A stretch of DNA of 64,000 nucleotides, from the IMG/VR virus record IMGVR_UViG_3300028394_000037. One strand, 5' to 3'. The notes beneath the pieces are model-generated. The model worked only from the letters and a program-made list of their open reading frames with translations, had not been told where the DNA came from and made no database searches. Shown one piece after another: positions 1 to 10,481 of the stretch (position 1 is its first letter; every line of letters starts with the position of its first letter). Both the position numbers and the translations under genes were made by a program. This stretch comes from a virus.

Positions 1-367
1 TAGAACCACTTGATACCTGAACCGTTGCAGAGACTTGGTTCGTGGTATTGTTTGCTAATGTTCCACCAATCAAAATACTCTTCAATCCAGTTGATGCATA
101 TATCGTTGTAAGTCCAACAAAATTAACCGATTGGGATGAAGTTGCCGAAGTGTTTGTGGATGTGCTATCCACAGTAACTTGTCCTGCACCAATTGCAGAA
201 ACCTTTGAACCACCAATGAAGTTTCCGTTATCCACAAGATAACCAACCAAAACTCCTGCGGTTGAAATTCCAGTAATAATTGTGGAGGTAATTCCAATAG
301 AACCAGAAGAACTAGTTGTTACCACTCCGACTGCTTTCTTAAGTGCGTTTGTAAATACTTCTGCCAT
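1..367 (-). CDS. Virion structural protein, Ser/Thr/Gly-rich (3' end runs off window)
   Basis: ATG at 367 opens MAEVFTNALKKAVGVVTTSSSGSIGITST..., open to the window edge; ATAAATA late-promoter-like motif upstream; follows a fibre-like gene. Confidence 0.6.
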   Translation of the reverse strand, partial: MAEVFTNALKKAVGVVTTSSSGSIGITSTIITGISTAGVLVGYLVDNGNFIGGSKVSAIGAGQVTVDSTSTNTSATSSQSVNFVGLTTIYASTGLKSILIGGTLANNTTNQVSATVQVSSGS

Positions 368-396
368 TTTTCTTTACGTGTTAGTGTTATTTATTA

Positions 397-1170
397 TTAA
401 CCGCCTAAAGCGATTGCAAGACCAAGTGATACTCCAGGAGCAGGTAAATACACATTTGATGTATTACCTGATTGTGATGCAGTTAATCCCGTTCCAACAA
501 AATTCACAGTTGTAATGGCAGTCCCAACTGAGACTCCACCAGATTGAATACCAATTGAACCACCAGAACTTGCAGAAACTCCTGATAATTTAGAACCATC
601 ACCATAATAAGTAACAGAACTACCAACAATACTAGAAGTTACAATACCAGAAGAAATTTGAAGTGTTCCAAGAGTAGAAACACCAGTTACATTTAAATTT
701 TGAGTTGTGGTAATACCTGTTGCATTTAAATTAAGAGTTGTTGCTTGACTATTAGCAGTAATATTTCTGACTGTTACTTCATCAAGTGTTATATCATCTT
801 CAACAACCAAATCACCAGTAACTCTTACATCACCCTTTACATAAAGTGCTGTTGCTCCTGTAGAAACCGGAGAACGAACATCTAATAAGTATGCAGGTGC
901 TGCGGTTCCAATACCAACAGAACCACCAACACCAGTAAGAGTTGTTCCGTTAGTTCCTACACTTAACTTTGTTACAAAGGTTCCTACACCAACAGTATAT
1001 AAATTATTTCTTATATAAGCATCAGTAACGCCAATTCCACCGGCAACATCAAGTAGATATCCTGGTTGCGAAGTACCAATACCCACCTTGCCAGTTGTTG
1101 CATTGGCAAGAATAAGCTTCTGATTTACTTCTAATCCGTTTTTGACTACAAAATTCTTATTGACAGACAT
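397..1170 (-). CDS. Tail fibre-like virion structural protein
   Basis: MSVNKNFVVKNGLEV N-terminus, repeated VGIGT..P...LDV motifs and C-terminal LGLAIALG, typical of cyanomyovirus fibre proteins. Confidence 0.7.
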   Translation of the reverse strand: MSVNKNFVVKNGLEVNQKLILANATTGKVGIGTSQPGYLLDVAGGIGVTDAYIRNNLYTVGVGTFVTKLSVGTNGTTLTGVGGSVGIGTAAPAYLLDVRSPVSTGATALYVKGDVRVTGDLVVEDDITLDEVTVRNITANSQATTLNLNATGITTTQNLNVTGVSTLGTLQISSGIVTSSIVGSSVTYYGDGSKLSGVSASSGGSIGIQSGGVSVGTAITTVNFVGTGLTASQSGNTSNVYLPAPGVSLGLAIALGG

Positions 1171-1201
1171 AGGTGGAGAGCGCCAACCTGTGAGTTATTA
1201 T

Positions 1202-1209
1202 TATTTATA
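1202..1209 (-). promoter_or_regulatory. T4-type late promoter TATAAATA
   Basis: Exact TATAAATA on the minus strand ~30 nt upstream of the 1170 start. Confidence 0.65.
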
Positions 1210-3352
1210 CTTTTCTAATTACAATCTTTGCGCCGCCAGTATTTCCACCTTGTTGAGAAGTAGATACTACATTAACTGAACCATCGGTATATCCACTTCC
1301 TCCTCCACCTCCGCTACTATTTGTTCCACCATTACCACCAGTTGCACCAGATCCACCACTGCCACTACCAGATACAGTAACTGTTCTATATTGAGTGCAG
1401 GAATATGGATTACTATATGTGTCATCATAAGGAACCCAAAGATTTTCTTCCACCCATACTGTAAATATAAAATATCTAATATAAGTTGATATCCCACTTC
1501 TTAAAAATCTGATTGTAAATTCTCTACTTTGAGAATTATAATCTAGAGATTTTACTGTAAATCCATCAGGATATTCAACTCCAGAACCAGCAGTTGTTAC
1601 AATACTTCTATCAGGATAAATTACTTTTCCAGAAGGATCTGGTCCTAAAGATCTTTCAACATAACTATTAAATATTGTACTACCTATAGTATCTGTATTT
1701 TTATCAATTTTAACTGTATACCATCTATCTTCACCATTTATTCCTCTGGATACGCTAAAGTATCCACTAACATCTTGAGGAGCATATCCCGACGGCCCAA
1801 TTGCTCTTACTTCATTATGACTCATTGAACCTTGATTATCAACGTTTCCAATCTGAAATGTCACTCGGCGCATTTCATTTCGGTATCCACTACTACCACC
1901 AGTATCATAACAAGTATCAGTATAAGGTTCTTGTGTACTATATTGTGCTTGTCCTTGTCCAGCAGTCTGACGAACATCATATCCAGATTTAAATCCTCTG
2001 GTAATTGATGCCGAGTTAGTAACTAATGTTCCATTTGCAAGATATATTTTAGACGTACCAACATCAGCACAAGCAGTCTTTCCTTGTGATATCCAATAGT
2101 TTCCTTTTGGACACGGAATTACTCTTCCGCCATTTTGCCCAGTTGCTTTTGTATCCGAACCAATTGGAGTTGAACTTGAAGATGATCCAAAAATACCATT
2201 AGATGGTAATGTTCCCGCCGAATATACACTTCCACCACTTCCACCACCTCTACCAGCACCAGATGCGCCAGCAACATTTATTCCACCACCATTACCACCA
2301 TTACCACTAGATGCAGCATCACCACCCTTTCCACAAACTGCAATTAGTGAACCTTTACGATAAACAAAAGGACATTGATTAGTTGAATCCAATCCAGCAA
2401 TAGTATATTCTTCATTTTTTTTCATAGTAAATCTAATTTTAGAAACTCCCCCTTGCCCACCAGTATATGATCCAGAGTTTGCTCCAGCACCAGCGTATAT
2501 TTCCATTTCAACATTAGTATCAATATCTTTAGCATAAAGAGATATTAAACTTGTTGCACTTGTATTATCTTGAGCATATAAAGTTACATCTCCACTTACT
2601 AATAAGTCAGTAGTACTTAATGTTGCAGTTGATGATGTTGTATCATATTTCTCTATGGTTATATTTTTAGATGGAGGAACATTATAAAAATTAACCACAT
2701 CAGAATATAATGGAGAATTGGATGCAATAGAATTTGTGATTCTTACCTGAATTGAATATACTCCAATTTGAGAATATGAAATTGTAAGATTTGGTGTATT
2801 AGAACCACTTACAGTAGAACTATCAACAAGATCTGTTCCATCCAATATCCACTTATATGATAATGTCCCTTGAGTAGTATCAGTAGAGGATGCAACAACA
2901 CTAAAAGATGCACTTACATTTTGTACAGCAGTTGTTTCTATAGGTTGAGTTGTTATACTCAATACTGGATATACAGTTACGATTCCAACATTTGAATTTG
3001 TTGGTTCATTCAATGCATTAGCAGAGACTCCTGATGGTGCATAATCTGCCTGCAAATAAATCTGACGATTATGATCTGTTGGACTTACAAGATTACTAAT
3101 CGTTAATGTGGTTGTTGCTGCACCAGTTACATAAGTTCCATTTGATATGATACCATTTTGATCGTACCACTGATAAACAATACTTCCACTATTTGATGCT
3201 GCCTGTGCAAATGTTGCAGTCGCAATTCCAATAAAAGTTGCAGATCCACCATTAATAGTTGCTATTCCAACAGGTTGTGTAGTGAATGATAAAGTTGGAC
3301 CGTTTAATTCAAAATTTGTAGGAATTTCTTGAAAAAGATTATTCTCTATCAT
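1205..3352 (-). CDS. Virion structural protein with two Ig-like domains and a glycine-rich C-terminal domain
   Basis: Two 'TTQP...F.V.A....YQW/YKW...SG..T..LTIS' Ig-like repeats; GGxGG-rich region ending GGGGSGY. Confidence 0.7.
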   Translation of the reverse strand: MIENNLFQEIPTNFELNGPTLSFTTQPVGIATINGGSATFIGIATATFAQAASNSGSIVYQWYDQNGIISNGTYVTGAATTTLTISNLVSPTDHNRQIYLQADYAPSGVSANALNEPTNSNVGIVTVYPVLSITTQPIETTAVQNVSASFSVVASSTDTTQGTLSYKWILDGTDLVDSSTVSGSNTPNLTISYSQIGVYSIQVRITNSIASNSPLYSDVVNFYNVPPSKNITIEKYDTTSSTATLSTTDLLVSGDVTLYAQDNTSATSLISLYAKDIDTNVEMEIYAGAGANSGSYTGGQGGVSKIRFTMKKNEEYTIAGLDSTNQCPFVYRKGSLIAVCGKGGDAASSGNGGNGGGINVAGASGAGRGGGSGGSVYSAGTLPSNGIFGSSSSSTPIGSDTKATGQNGGRVIPCPKGNYWISQGKTACADVGTSKIYLANGTLVTNSASITRGFKSGYDVRQTAGQGQAQYSTQEPYTDTCYDTGGSSGYRNEMRRVTFQIGNVDNQGSMSHNEVRAIGPSGYAPQDVSGYFSVSRGINGEDRWYTVKIDKNTDTIGSTIFNSYVERSLGPDPSGKVIYPDRSIVTTAGSGVEYPDGFTVKSLDYNSQSREFTIRFLRSGISTYIRYFIFTVWVEENLWVPYDDTYSNPYSCTQYRTVTVSGSGSGGSGATGGNGGTNSSGGGGGSGYTDGSVNVVSTSQQGGNTGGAKIVIRKV

Positions 3353-6300
3353 AGAAAGTTTTGTCCTCCAACAATACCAAATATTCCTGAAGTTGTAATA
3401 TTTGTTCCATCAAAGGTCTTAAAGGAGTAAATATCAGTTCGGTTTGCTGTAGTTGTTACAATCGGAATAACTCCACCACCAGCCCAATAAATCGGAATTG
3501 CCGTTCCAACAGAATTCCTAAAGGTATCAATTCCAACCGAATATCCAGTAGAACCTTGAGTGATCTTTAATGTAAATCCAGTAGATCCTGCTGGTGGATT
3601 TAATAATGTGAATGATGTTACTGCTTCTGTTGGAGTAAATGTAAATGTCTGTGCCTTTGAAAGATCAATTGTCACAACACCCGAAGAACTTGTGAGTGCT
3701 TCTACTACCTCAAAATAAGTCTTAAATCTTACAGATCCTTCAATATCAAGTTTCGCTCTTGGTGATACTGTACCAATACCAACCAAATCAGAACTTGCAG
3801 TAATAGCAGATCCATTAGTACCAACAGAAAGTGTGGTTGCAGTAATAATACCAGCACGAATATTACTTGAGGTACTATCAAATCGGAATGATGTAGATGT
3901 CAACATTCCACCAACAATTACATCTTGAGTTGTTGTAAATCCAGCAAAGACTGCTTTACCATTTACATAAAGTGATGTTGATGATGAACCAACAGAACCA
4001 AGTTCAAGATTAAATCTTGGAACAGAAGTACCAATACCAACATTATTCAGATTTGTATTATAAATCCCACCAGTAACTTGTTGCCATCCAGCAGCAGATA
4101 CATTTACATTTGTAATTAGACTACCATCGCCAGAGAAATAATTTGCATAACAAGTTCCAATAACATTAGTGGTTCCATTTACTTGCAACTTATATGAACC
4201 AGAAGTAGTTCCAATACCAACACCAGTTCCATTTACCGAGAATAGTGATGAACCAGAACCAACAACAAATGATGCAGTTCCTGCTGTTGTAGTTGCAATT
4301 CCCACACGATCAAAAATCATATGATTTTCGGATTGGGAAAGACTAATGTTTCCAAAACGATACCAACCATTCTCAAGAGTATAAACCCAACCAGCATAAC
4401 CACCCTTAGATGGATCTGAAAAATAAGTTACATCTCCAGGATTTCCTGAAATAGATGGTTGAGTTACTCCAACAGTATATTTTCTAGAAATAGTAGCATC
4501 GCCCTGTAAGAACAATGAGTATGCTTCAATACCCTTACTTGAATTTGATGTGATTTTATTGTTAAAAACAACAGGGCCATCAAATTGTGAAATGAGCGTT
4601 GAATCCGTTCCACCTTCTACACGAATTGAACGTGAAACAGAAATTTCAAGAGGAGTAAGTGCATCAAATCCTACACTCACACCAGTTAGAACATCTTCAC
4701 CTGTTACAGTTGGAACTGGAGAATCAAATACTTGTTCCTGACCTGTTGCAGAATTGACCTTCTTGTTCCCAACATAAAATGCACCCTTATCATTCATTCC
4801 TGTGAAAACATTAATTCCACCATCAAGTTTTGTAGATATAGCAAGTAATTCTTCTTGTTCAGTTAATTGCCTATCCTGACGATCTGGGAATGCAGTGGAA
4901 TAATTACCAGGACCAAATCCAAGATACTCAAAGGTATGTCCAGATGCACGAATGATTGAATTTCTTCTTAATTCAATTGGTTTCAGTTTTATTCTACGGA
5001 CAACAGATCCTGAAATATGAGATGTTGCATGAGTACCATAAATTCCTCTAAAAACACTTATTGGATTTCCAGAAACTGTTTGTTTTACTCTCAGTATTTC
5101 ATTATCAATTAGTAAATAATCACCAATTTCAAGATTCAAATTAGTAACATTAGTAAGACTTATTGTAGTATTTGTTGCATTAGAAATTGCTGCAGATAAT
5201 GTGGTGGTTATTCCTGCATATTGTGTCAATAATCTTCCTGAGATATTTTCATTTTCTACATTTATCACTCCACCTTGAGAAACAAATCCTTTGATATAAA
5301 TTGTCTTTGTTCCTGTTGTGGCAGGTGCAATTGTTCCAATACCAATATATGTTTCAAATTGAGTTAGACTATTAATTTTCTTTACAATAAAGTCAGAATT
5401 GTAAATTGAACTAGTTGCTCCACCAACAGTAAATTTATTTCCAATTCCTAATCCGTGATTTTGAATTGTTGTAATTGTACTAATTCCAGATACATTGTCA
5501 TATGTAAGTGTACTAATATTAATTGATTTGCCAGCATTAACTACATTTGCATAAGCAGTTGCAGTTACACCCAATCCGGTGGTGAGTGGTGGATATACAG
5601 TAGATGATGGTACTACATTAATTTCTTTAGATTTTCCTGTTGAAATTCCCGAAATCTTGTATACAGTATTATATACATCAAGTGATGCAGGAACAATACC
5701 TGCAATAGATAAACATTCTCCTGTTGCATCATAAATTCCAGTAACAGTTACAACTGCAGACGAATATCCACTTGTTGTTGCAACTCCTACAACAGAAAGA
5801 TTATTTCCAATACCATATGCACTACCACCATCAATAATCTTAACGTCAGTAATATTACCAGAAGTATTAACAGTAATTCTTGCAGTTGCGTGTTTACCAG
5901 TAGTATCTCCAACTCCAATCAATTGAGCATTATAAAGACTTCCTGCTGTACCAGAACCATAACCGGCACCACTAGATGCAATACTGACTGTTGTGATTCT
6001 ATTGAGTCCGTGATCAGTTTTTGTATAGAATGTATGTGCAGTTCCTACAGAGTTTGATACTATATTTGTTAGACCAATACCTACACCAAAATCAACTAAT
6101 CCCCTTCCAAGAGTTTCTTTTGTAATACTATTCTGAGGATCATCAACTACAACCTGTCCGATTGGATCAGAAAGTGCATATGATATTGCTGCTTTTGGAT
6201 CTGAATTTGGATTATCGCGGTTTGTTTGTGGATAAAAATTCTGAATTGGTTGTGAAAATCTTAGTTCAGTAAATGGATTTGCTGATGGACTATTTGAAGA

Positions 6301-9192
6301 ATTTACAATCAATAAATGATAAACACCATCTTGAACTCCAGGTAAATATTTTGTAATTTCCTGTGCTCTATAGATTGATAGAGTTTCTTTCAGTCTTCTT
6401 CTTACAAATCTTGGTAAAGATGTTGTTCTATTCGATACATCACTTTGAAATGTTCCAGGATCAGTAGTCAATCCAACAGTAAATTGTTTAAGACTTGAAA
6501 TACCAACAACAGAATAATTTAGATTATATCCAGAACCATAAGTTGATGTTGTGTTTGTAGAGCTCTTTACATTGTATACATCAACCTGACTTCCAACTGA
6601 TAAGTCGTGTGGAATTTCAGTATCAAAATATGCATAAGTCCCATCCCAAGATGCATTTGCAATAATTCTAAAGTTTCTTAACTCATTTTCATTGCTTAGT
6701 GTTGATGTTGTAGGACTGTATAGTGCAGAAACTTCAGAATCAGAAATTCCAATTGTTGTACTAGATTCTTGAATTACATATCCATCTAATGGTGGTCTTG
6801 CAGTTGTAACACCAGAAGAAGCTGGTATTACATAACGAATCCTATAAACAGTATCCAATACATTTCTGTTATCTACCTTTCTTGTAATATAAGATCTTGG
6901 TGTAACTGCTCCAAGTGAAGTTGTCCCAAAACCAACAATTGCAGAATATAACGTATTTTCAGTAGATGCTGATGATACATTAATATACCAATTATTTTGA
7001 GATGTATCATACTGAATTGGATGTCCAATATTCCCTACAATTTTATCAATAACTCTACTTTCTATTGTTAATATTCCACCTTTGTTATTGAGTGGTATTG
7101 CAGGTGTTGCATTAATAGCATCATTTAAAGTTTTTGCAATTTTAATTTGATCTGTTCCAACTCCAGAAGTAATTGCATAATAAGTTGTATTTGGAGTTAA
7201 ACCATCAGGTAAACTTCCATTATAACTCTTTATGCGAATTGTTTCTCCATTTATAAAGTTATGTGGTTGTGTTAATGATAAAGTATTGGAAGTAATACTA
7301 TTAATTCCTGCTGCAGATTGATTAACTTGGAACGACTTAATTGCGGAAATTTGATTTGAAGTTCCTTGTGTATTTGGCATCACAATTTTTGCCGAATACT
7401 GTGTAGAGGATCCAGAACTTGAAATTAATACATTGAGTGTATCATTTGTCTTTGCACCTATTCTGAAACCTTCAATTACGTGATTTGGTGGAGAACCTAA
7501 ATTAGTTTCATTATAAAGATATAATCTACTTGTGCTTGCAACACCTACAGTTTTTGCAACATCAATACCAATAAACTCAATTGAATTTTCTAATGTTTCA
7601 AGTTCTCTTGGTGGAATAATATGAGTAATATATCCAACATCATCTCTGGGAAATGCTTCTCTTTTAAATCCAGAAGCAACTAATGCTTTTGATCCAAAGT
7701 TTGAATTGGAGTTATTGATTGATTGGTCTCCACCAGATTCTGTTAAGAAATGTGCGTAAAATCCTATCGCAAAAATAGAAACATTTTGAATATATGCATC
7801 ATTAGTTGTTTTAATATGGAAGTTTCTATATGTTGGTTTATATACTGCTTTGGAATTATTACTAATCGTTTCATTTCCTGCTACAGTACTATCATCATAT
7901 GATCCTGTAATTGGATTATAAACTACAAAAGCATTATCATCTTTCTGTAAACTAATACCAGTAAATTGAGCAATAACCATAGACTTAAATCCGGTTGCTC
8001 TATCTCCATCTGCGAGAACACCACACATACCATAAACAGATCTCAGTGATAGATTAAAGATATATGGTGATGCCGAAGTTACAGTATCATTAGAAAGAGA
8101 TAATGATGAACCAGTAACTACAGGAAGTGCTATTGCCGGAGAGTTTTGTACTTTATATTTGATTTGAGTATCACTTACTTTTTCACTTACAACAAATTGG
8201 CCATTATATCCATTTGCAGTAATACCTTGAATACGGAAAGAAGTATCTACATCTAATCCATCAACTGCAGATGTTGTAGTAACAGTAATTGTTGTAGTTG
8301 CAGTGATTCCATCACCAGCCTTAATACTTGAAATACCTATGGACCCTCCACTTGGTCCCACAATACGATACTCATCAATTTTTGCTTGTATATCTAAACC
8401 TGAAGATGGATAATCTGGTTCAATTGCACGTCCAGAAGATTGTCCATATACAAGTCCAACTTTTTCATAATACATATCCAGATCAGTACGATCCGTTGAA
8501 TATGTTTGAAAATCATCATCAATATTTACAGAACTTACACCATCTGCATATTCAAAGCAAGAAAGTTTGTGATGTGAAAAATTAGGAACAAATACATTAC
8601 TAGTATAGTCCATATAGCACTGACCATTTGGATCAGCATCAAATATTGAAAATTGCCAAAAATAACATCCACCAGTTACACGAAATACTGTAGATCTTTC
8701 AATATTATCATTGATTGGATTTGGAACATATTTTGGACGAATCTTAGTTTTTCTTAAATCTAGTCCAACAATGGAAGTACCTCTTGGTACAATCACTCCA
8801 CCGTGAATACTATTCAGTTTATATAAAGAATTATTTGATACTGTTAAATCAAAATTTGATGTTAAATCCCAAGCAGGCAAATCATTAGATGTTGTTCCGT
8901 TTCTTAATCTATAATTATTTGCACCATCAGGTATCCAACCAGGACGATTATCTACAACGTGATCACCAGGATATAATAAAATCGTCGTTTTACCAAATCT
9001 ATCGTTATTCAGACCTCTCTGATATGAAAATCTTGCAGATTCAATCAGTGCTCTTTGAATTGTTTTAAATGGACGAGTTAAACTGTTTCCTTGATTTTCT
9101 ATGCTATCAGTGGCATCCAAATCATTTGGACTTACATATAGAATATTTCCACGAGCATTCTTCAAAAAATTATCTAAACGACTTAATCCCAT
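3349..9192 (-). CDS. Large virion structural/tail protein (1947 aa)
   Basis: Conserved cyanomyovirus N-terminus MGLSRLDNFLKN..GNILYV.P.DLDA.DSI.NQG.S..RPFKTIQRAL; HGL-type beta repeats; C-terminal VGIGT fibre repeats. Confidence 0.75.
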   Translation of the reverse strand: MGLSRLDNFLKNARGNILYVSPNDLDATDSIENQGNSLTRPFKTIQRALIESARFSYQRGLNNDRFGKTTILLYPGDHVVDNRPGWIPDGANNYRLRNGTTSNDLPAWDLTSNFDLTVSNNSLYKLNSIHGGVIVPRGTSIVGLDLRKTKIRPKYVPNPINDNIERSTVFRVTGGCYFWQFSIFDADPNGQCYMDYTSNVFVPNFSHHKLSCFEYADGVSSVNIDDDFQTYSTDRTDLDMYYEKVGLVYGQSSGRAIEPDYPSSGLDIQAKIDEYRIVGPSGGSIGISSIKAGDGITATTTITVTTTSAVDGLDVDTSFRIQGITANGYNGQFVVSEKVSDTQIKYKVQNSPAIALPVVTGSSLSLSNDTVTSASPYIFNLSLRSVYGMCGVLADGDRATGFKSMVIAQFTGISLQKDDNAFVVYNPITGSYDDSTVAGNETISNNSKAVYKPTYRNFHIKTTNDAYIQNVSIFAIGFYAHFLTESGGDQSINNSNSNFGSKALVASGFKREAFPRDDVGYITHIIPPRELETLENSIEFIGIDVAKTVGVASTSRLYLYNETNLGSPPNHVIEGFRIGAKTNDTLNVLISSSGSSTQYSAKIVMPNTQGTSNQISAIKSFQVNQSAAGINSITSNTLSLTQPHNFINGETIRIKSYNGSLPDGLTPNTTYYAITSGVGTDQIKIAKTLNDAINATPAIPLNNKGGILTIESRVIDKIVGNIGHPIQYDTSQNNWYINVSSASTENTLYSAIVGFGTTSLGAVTPRSYITRKVDNRNVLDTVYRIRYVIPASSGVTTARPPLDGYVIQESSTTIGISDSEVSALYSPTTSTLSNENELRNFRIIANASWDGTYAYFDTEIPHDLSVGSQVDVYNVKSSTNTTSTYGSGYNLNYSVVGISSLKQFTVGLTTDPGTFQSDVSNRTTSLPRFVRRRLKETLSIYRAQEITKYLPGVQDGVYHLLIVNSSNSPSANPFTELRFSQPIQNFYPQTNRDNPNSDPKAAISYALSDPIGQVVVDDPQNSITKETLGRGLVDFGVGIGLTNIVSNSVGTAHTFYTKTDHGLNRITTVSIASSGAGYGSGTAGSLYNAQLIGVGDTTGKHATARITVNTSGNITDVKIIDGGSAYGIGNNLSVVGVATTSGYSSAVVTVTGIYDATGECLSIAGIVPASLDVYNTVYKISGISTGKSKEINVVPSSTVYPPLTTGLGVTATAYANVVNAGKSINISTLTYDNVSGISTITTIQNHGLGIGNKFTVGGATSSIYNSDFIVKKINSLTQFETYIGIGTIAPATTGTKTIYIKGFVSQGGVINVENENISGRLLTQYAGITTTLSAAISNATNTTISLTNVTNLNLEIGDYLLIDNEILRVKQTVSGNPISVFRGIYGTHATSHISGSVVRRIKLKPIELRRNSIIRASGHTFEYLGFGPGNYSTAFPDRQDRQLTEQEELLAISTKLDGGINVFTGMNDKGAFYVGNKKVNSATGQEQVFDSPVPTVTGEDVLTGVSVGFDALTPLEISVSRSIRVEGGTDSTLISQFDGPVVFNNKITSNSSKGIEAYSLFLQGDATISRKYTVGVTQPSISGNPGDVTYFSDPSKGGYAGWVYTLENGWYRFGNISLSQSENHMIFDRVGIATTTAGTASFVVGSGSSLFSVNGTGVGIGTTSGSYKLQVNGTTNVIGTCYANYFSGDGSLITNVNVSAAGWQQVTGGIYNTNLNNVGIGTSVPRFNLELGSVGSSSTSLYVNGKAVFAGFTTTQDVIVGGMLTSTSFRFDSTSSNIRAGIITATTLSVGTNGSAITASSDLVGIGTVSPRAKLDIEGSVRFKTYFEVVEALTSSSGVVTIDLSKAQTFTFTPTEAVTSFTLLNPPAGSTGFTLKITQGSTGYSVGIDTFRNSVGTAIPIYWAGGGVIPIVTTTANRTDIYSFKTFDGTNITTSGIFGIVGGQNFL

Positions 9193-9234
9193 CTTATTTG
9201 CACTATAAGTTCTATTATGTTTTATTTATCATAC

Positions 9235-9294
9235 AACAAAACCTCCCAAGAAGGAGGTTATGAAGCACACGGAAGGGGTTTGGTTGTATCGCCT
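9235..9294 (-). ncRNA. Candidate phage small RNA (~60 nt)
   Basis: Lies between a sigma70-type promoter (9300-9328) and a terminator hairpin AACCTCC-TTCTTG-GGAGGTT-TT; contains no plausible ORF. Confidence 0.45.
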
Positions 9295-9299
9295 TTGAT

Positions 9300-9328
9300 A
9301 TTATATACTACTTATCAGAATATGTCGA
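9300..9328 (-). promoter_or_regulatory. sigma70-type promoter
   Basis: TCGACA-17 nt-TATAAT. Confidence 0.55.
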
Positions 9329-9476
9329 GACCTTTATAATCTGTAATGAAGCAAGTGCGGAAAAGACTAAAAGAAAGGCGTGAAAATAGTCCACGATTAA
9401 AATTTCTTTTTACCTTTCTATGTAGAAATATCAAAACATATATTGAGTATTTTTATCAGCATATTAAAACATTGAA

Positions 9477-9549
9477 TAGGAGTGGTGGGATTTGAACCCA
9501 CGCTGTATGGATTTTAAGTCCACTGCCTCTTCCGCTGGGCTACACTCCC
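9477..9549 (-). tRNA. tRNA-Leu(UAA), short variable arm, CCA not encoded
   Basis: Acceptor GGGAGTG/CACTCCT, anticodon arm GTGGA-CTTAAAA-TCCAT, T-arm GTGGG-TTCAAAT-CCCAC, discriminator A. Confidence 0.9.
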
Positions 9550-9573
9550 AAAAAGGGATCAGACCCTCTTTGA

Positions 9574-9735
9574 CTACATCAGTTCTCCACGAAGTTCAGC
9601 AAGCTTTGCAGTTGCAAGTGATTCTACACAAGTCCAATAGAGTTCTCCACTTACAATATTTTCATCCGCAAAATGTTCTGCCACATCTTCTTGAAGTTGT
9701 TGAAGTTCGGTCAAAGCGTCTCGGGTAATCATCAT
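9574..9735 (-). CDS. Small hypothetical protein (53 aa, MMITRDALTELQQLQEDVAEHF...)
   Basis: Clean ORF below the track cutoff, directly downstream of a sigma70-type promoter. Confidence 0.65.
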   Translation of the reverse strand: MMITRDALTELQQLQEDVAEHFADENIVSGELYWTCVESLATAKLAELRGELM

Positions 9736-9760
9736 GGGTGGTTCGTTGCATCACCCATAT

Positions 9761-9789
9761 ATCATAGCACGGATGCCCTGTGGTGTCAA
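9761..9789 (-). promoter_or_regulatory. sigma70-type early promoter
   Basis: TTGACA-17 nt-TATGAT upstream of the small ORF and tRNA-Leu. Confidence 0.7.
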
Positions 9790-10481
9790 GGGGTCTCAAC
9801 CACCAATTTTTCAACGTCTATTCTTTCTGCATGAACTAAATAAAAACAATCAATATTGGATTCGCACATAGATTTAATTCTAATATTCTTATCATCAAAA
9901 TCAGATACAACTAAATTTTGATTATATCCAATTTCAGTTAGAGAAACTGTAATGCTATCAATATTTACCAAGTCTTTCCAATAATCAGGAAGAGTTATTA
10001 TATTAGATCCAGTAATTCTTCCTCTAATATAAACAGCATGTTCTGGTCCTTCCAAACATCCGTGCATTAATCTCATACCATCTTTTGATGGATGTGGAAT
10101 GTCAAAAAATTTTACTGCTGCCGATAAAACTCCAAGAACTCCAAGATTTCCATTAACTCCAGCATTTCCAGCAACTCCAAGATTTCCAGTAACTCCAAGA
10201 CTAATAGCAACTGTTACATTTCCACTGAATGTAGATTGAGATGAATTTACGGTAAAAGTTGAAAGTGCTCCAGTATTACGTTCTAATGTAACATTTGATG
10301 TATCAGAACCAGTCAGATGCAAATAAACATAATCTGATGTTGTATTTAATAATGCCATTCCAACATCATTCAATTTAAATACTGGATCCTCAAAAATATT
10401 TGAGAAGTCATCATTATCTCTAAAAATATACTCTGTTCCAGTACCAGTAAATGTACCGTATTGCTGAAATGTAAATGCCAT
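9786..10481 (-). CDS. Tail/spike-associated protein with conserved C-terminal 'F.I.HP...L.H.CLEGPE' domain
   Basis: C-terminus paralogous to the adjacent gene; GNLGV repeats. Confidence 0.55.
   Translation of the reverse strand: MAFTFQQYGTFTGTGTEYIFRDNDDFSNIFEDPVFKLNDVGMALLNTTSDYVYLHLTGSDTSNVTLERNTGALSTFTVNSSQSTFSGNVTVAISLGVTGNLGVAGNAGVNGNLGVLGVLSAAVKFFDIPHPSKDGMRLMHGCLEGPEHAVYIRGRITGSNIITLPDYWKDLVNIDSITVSLTEIGYNQNLVVSDFDDKNIRIKSMCESNIDCFYLVHAERIDVEKLVVETP

Noticed and set aside
9346-9728. Plus-strand ORFs (9346-9495 and track ORF 9492-9728)
   Set aside because: Antisense to tRNA-Leu and a better-supported minus-strand gene; no recognisable motifs
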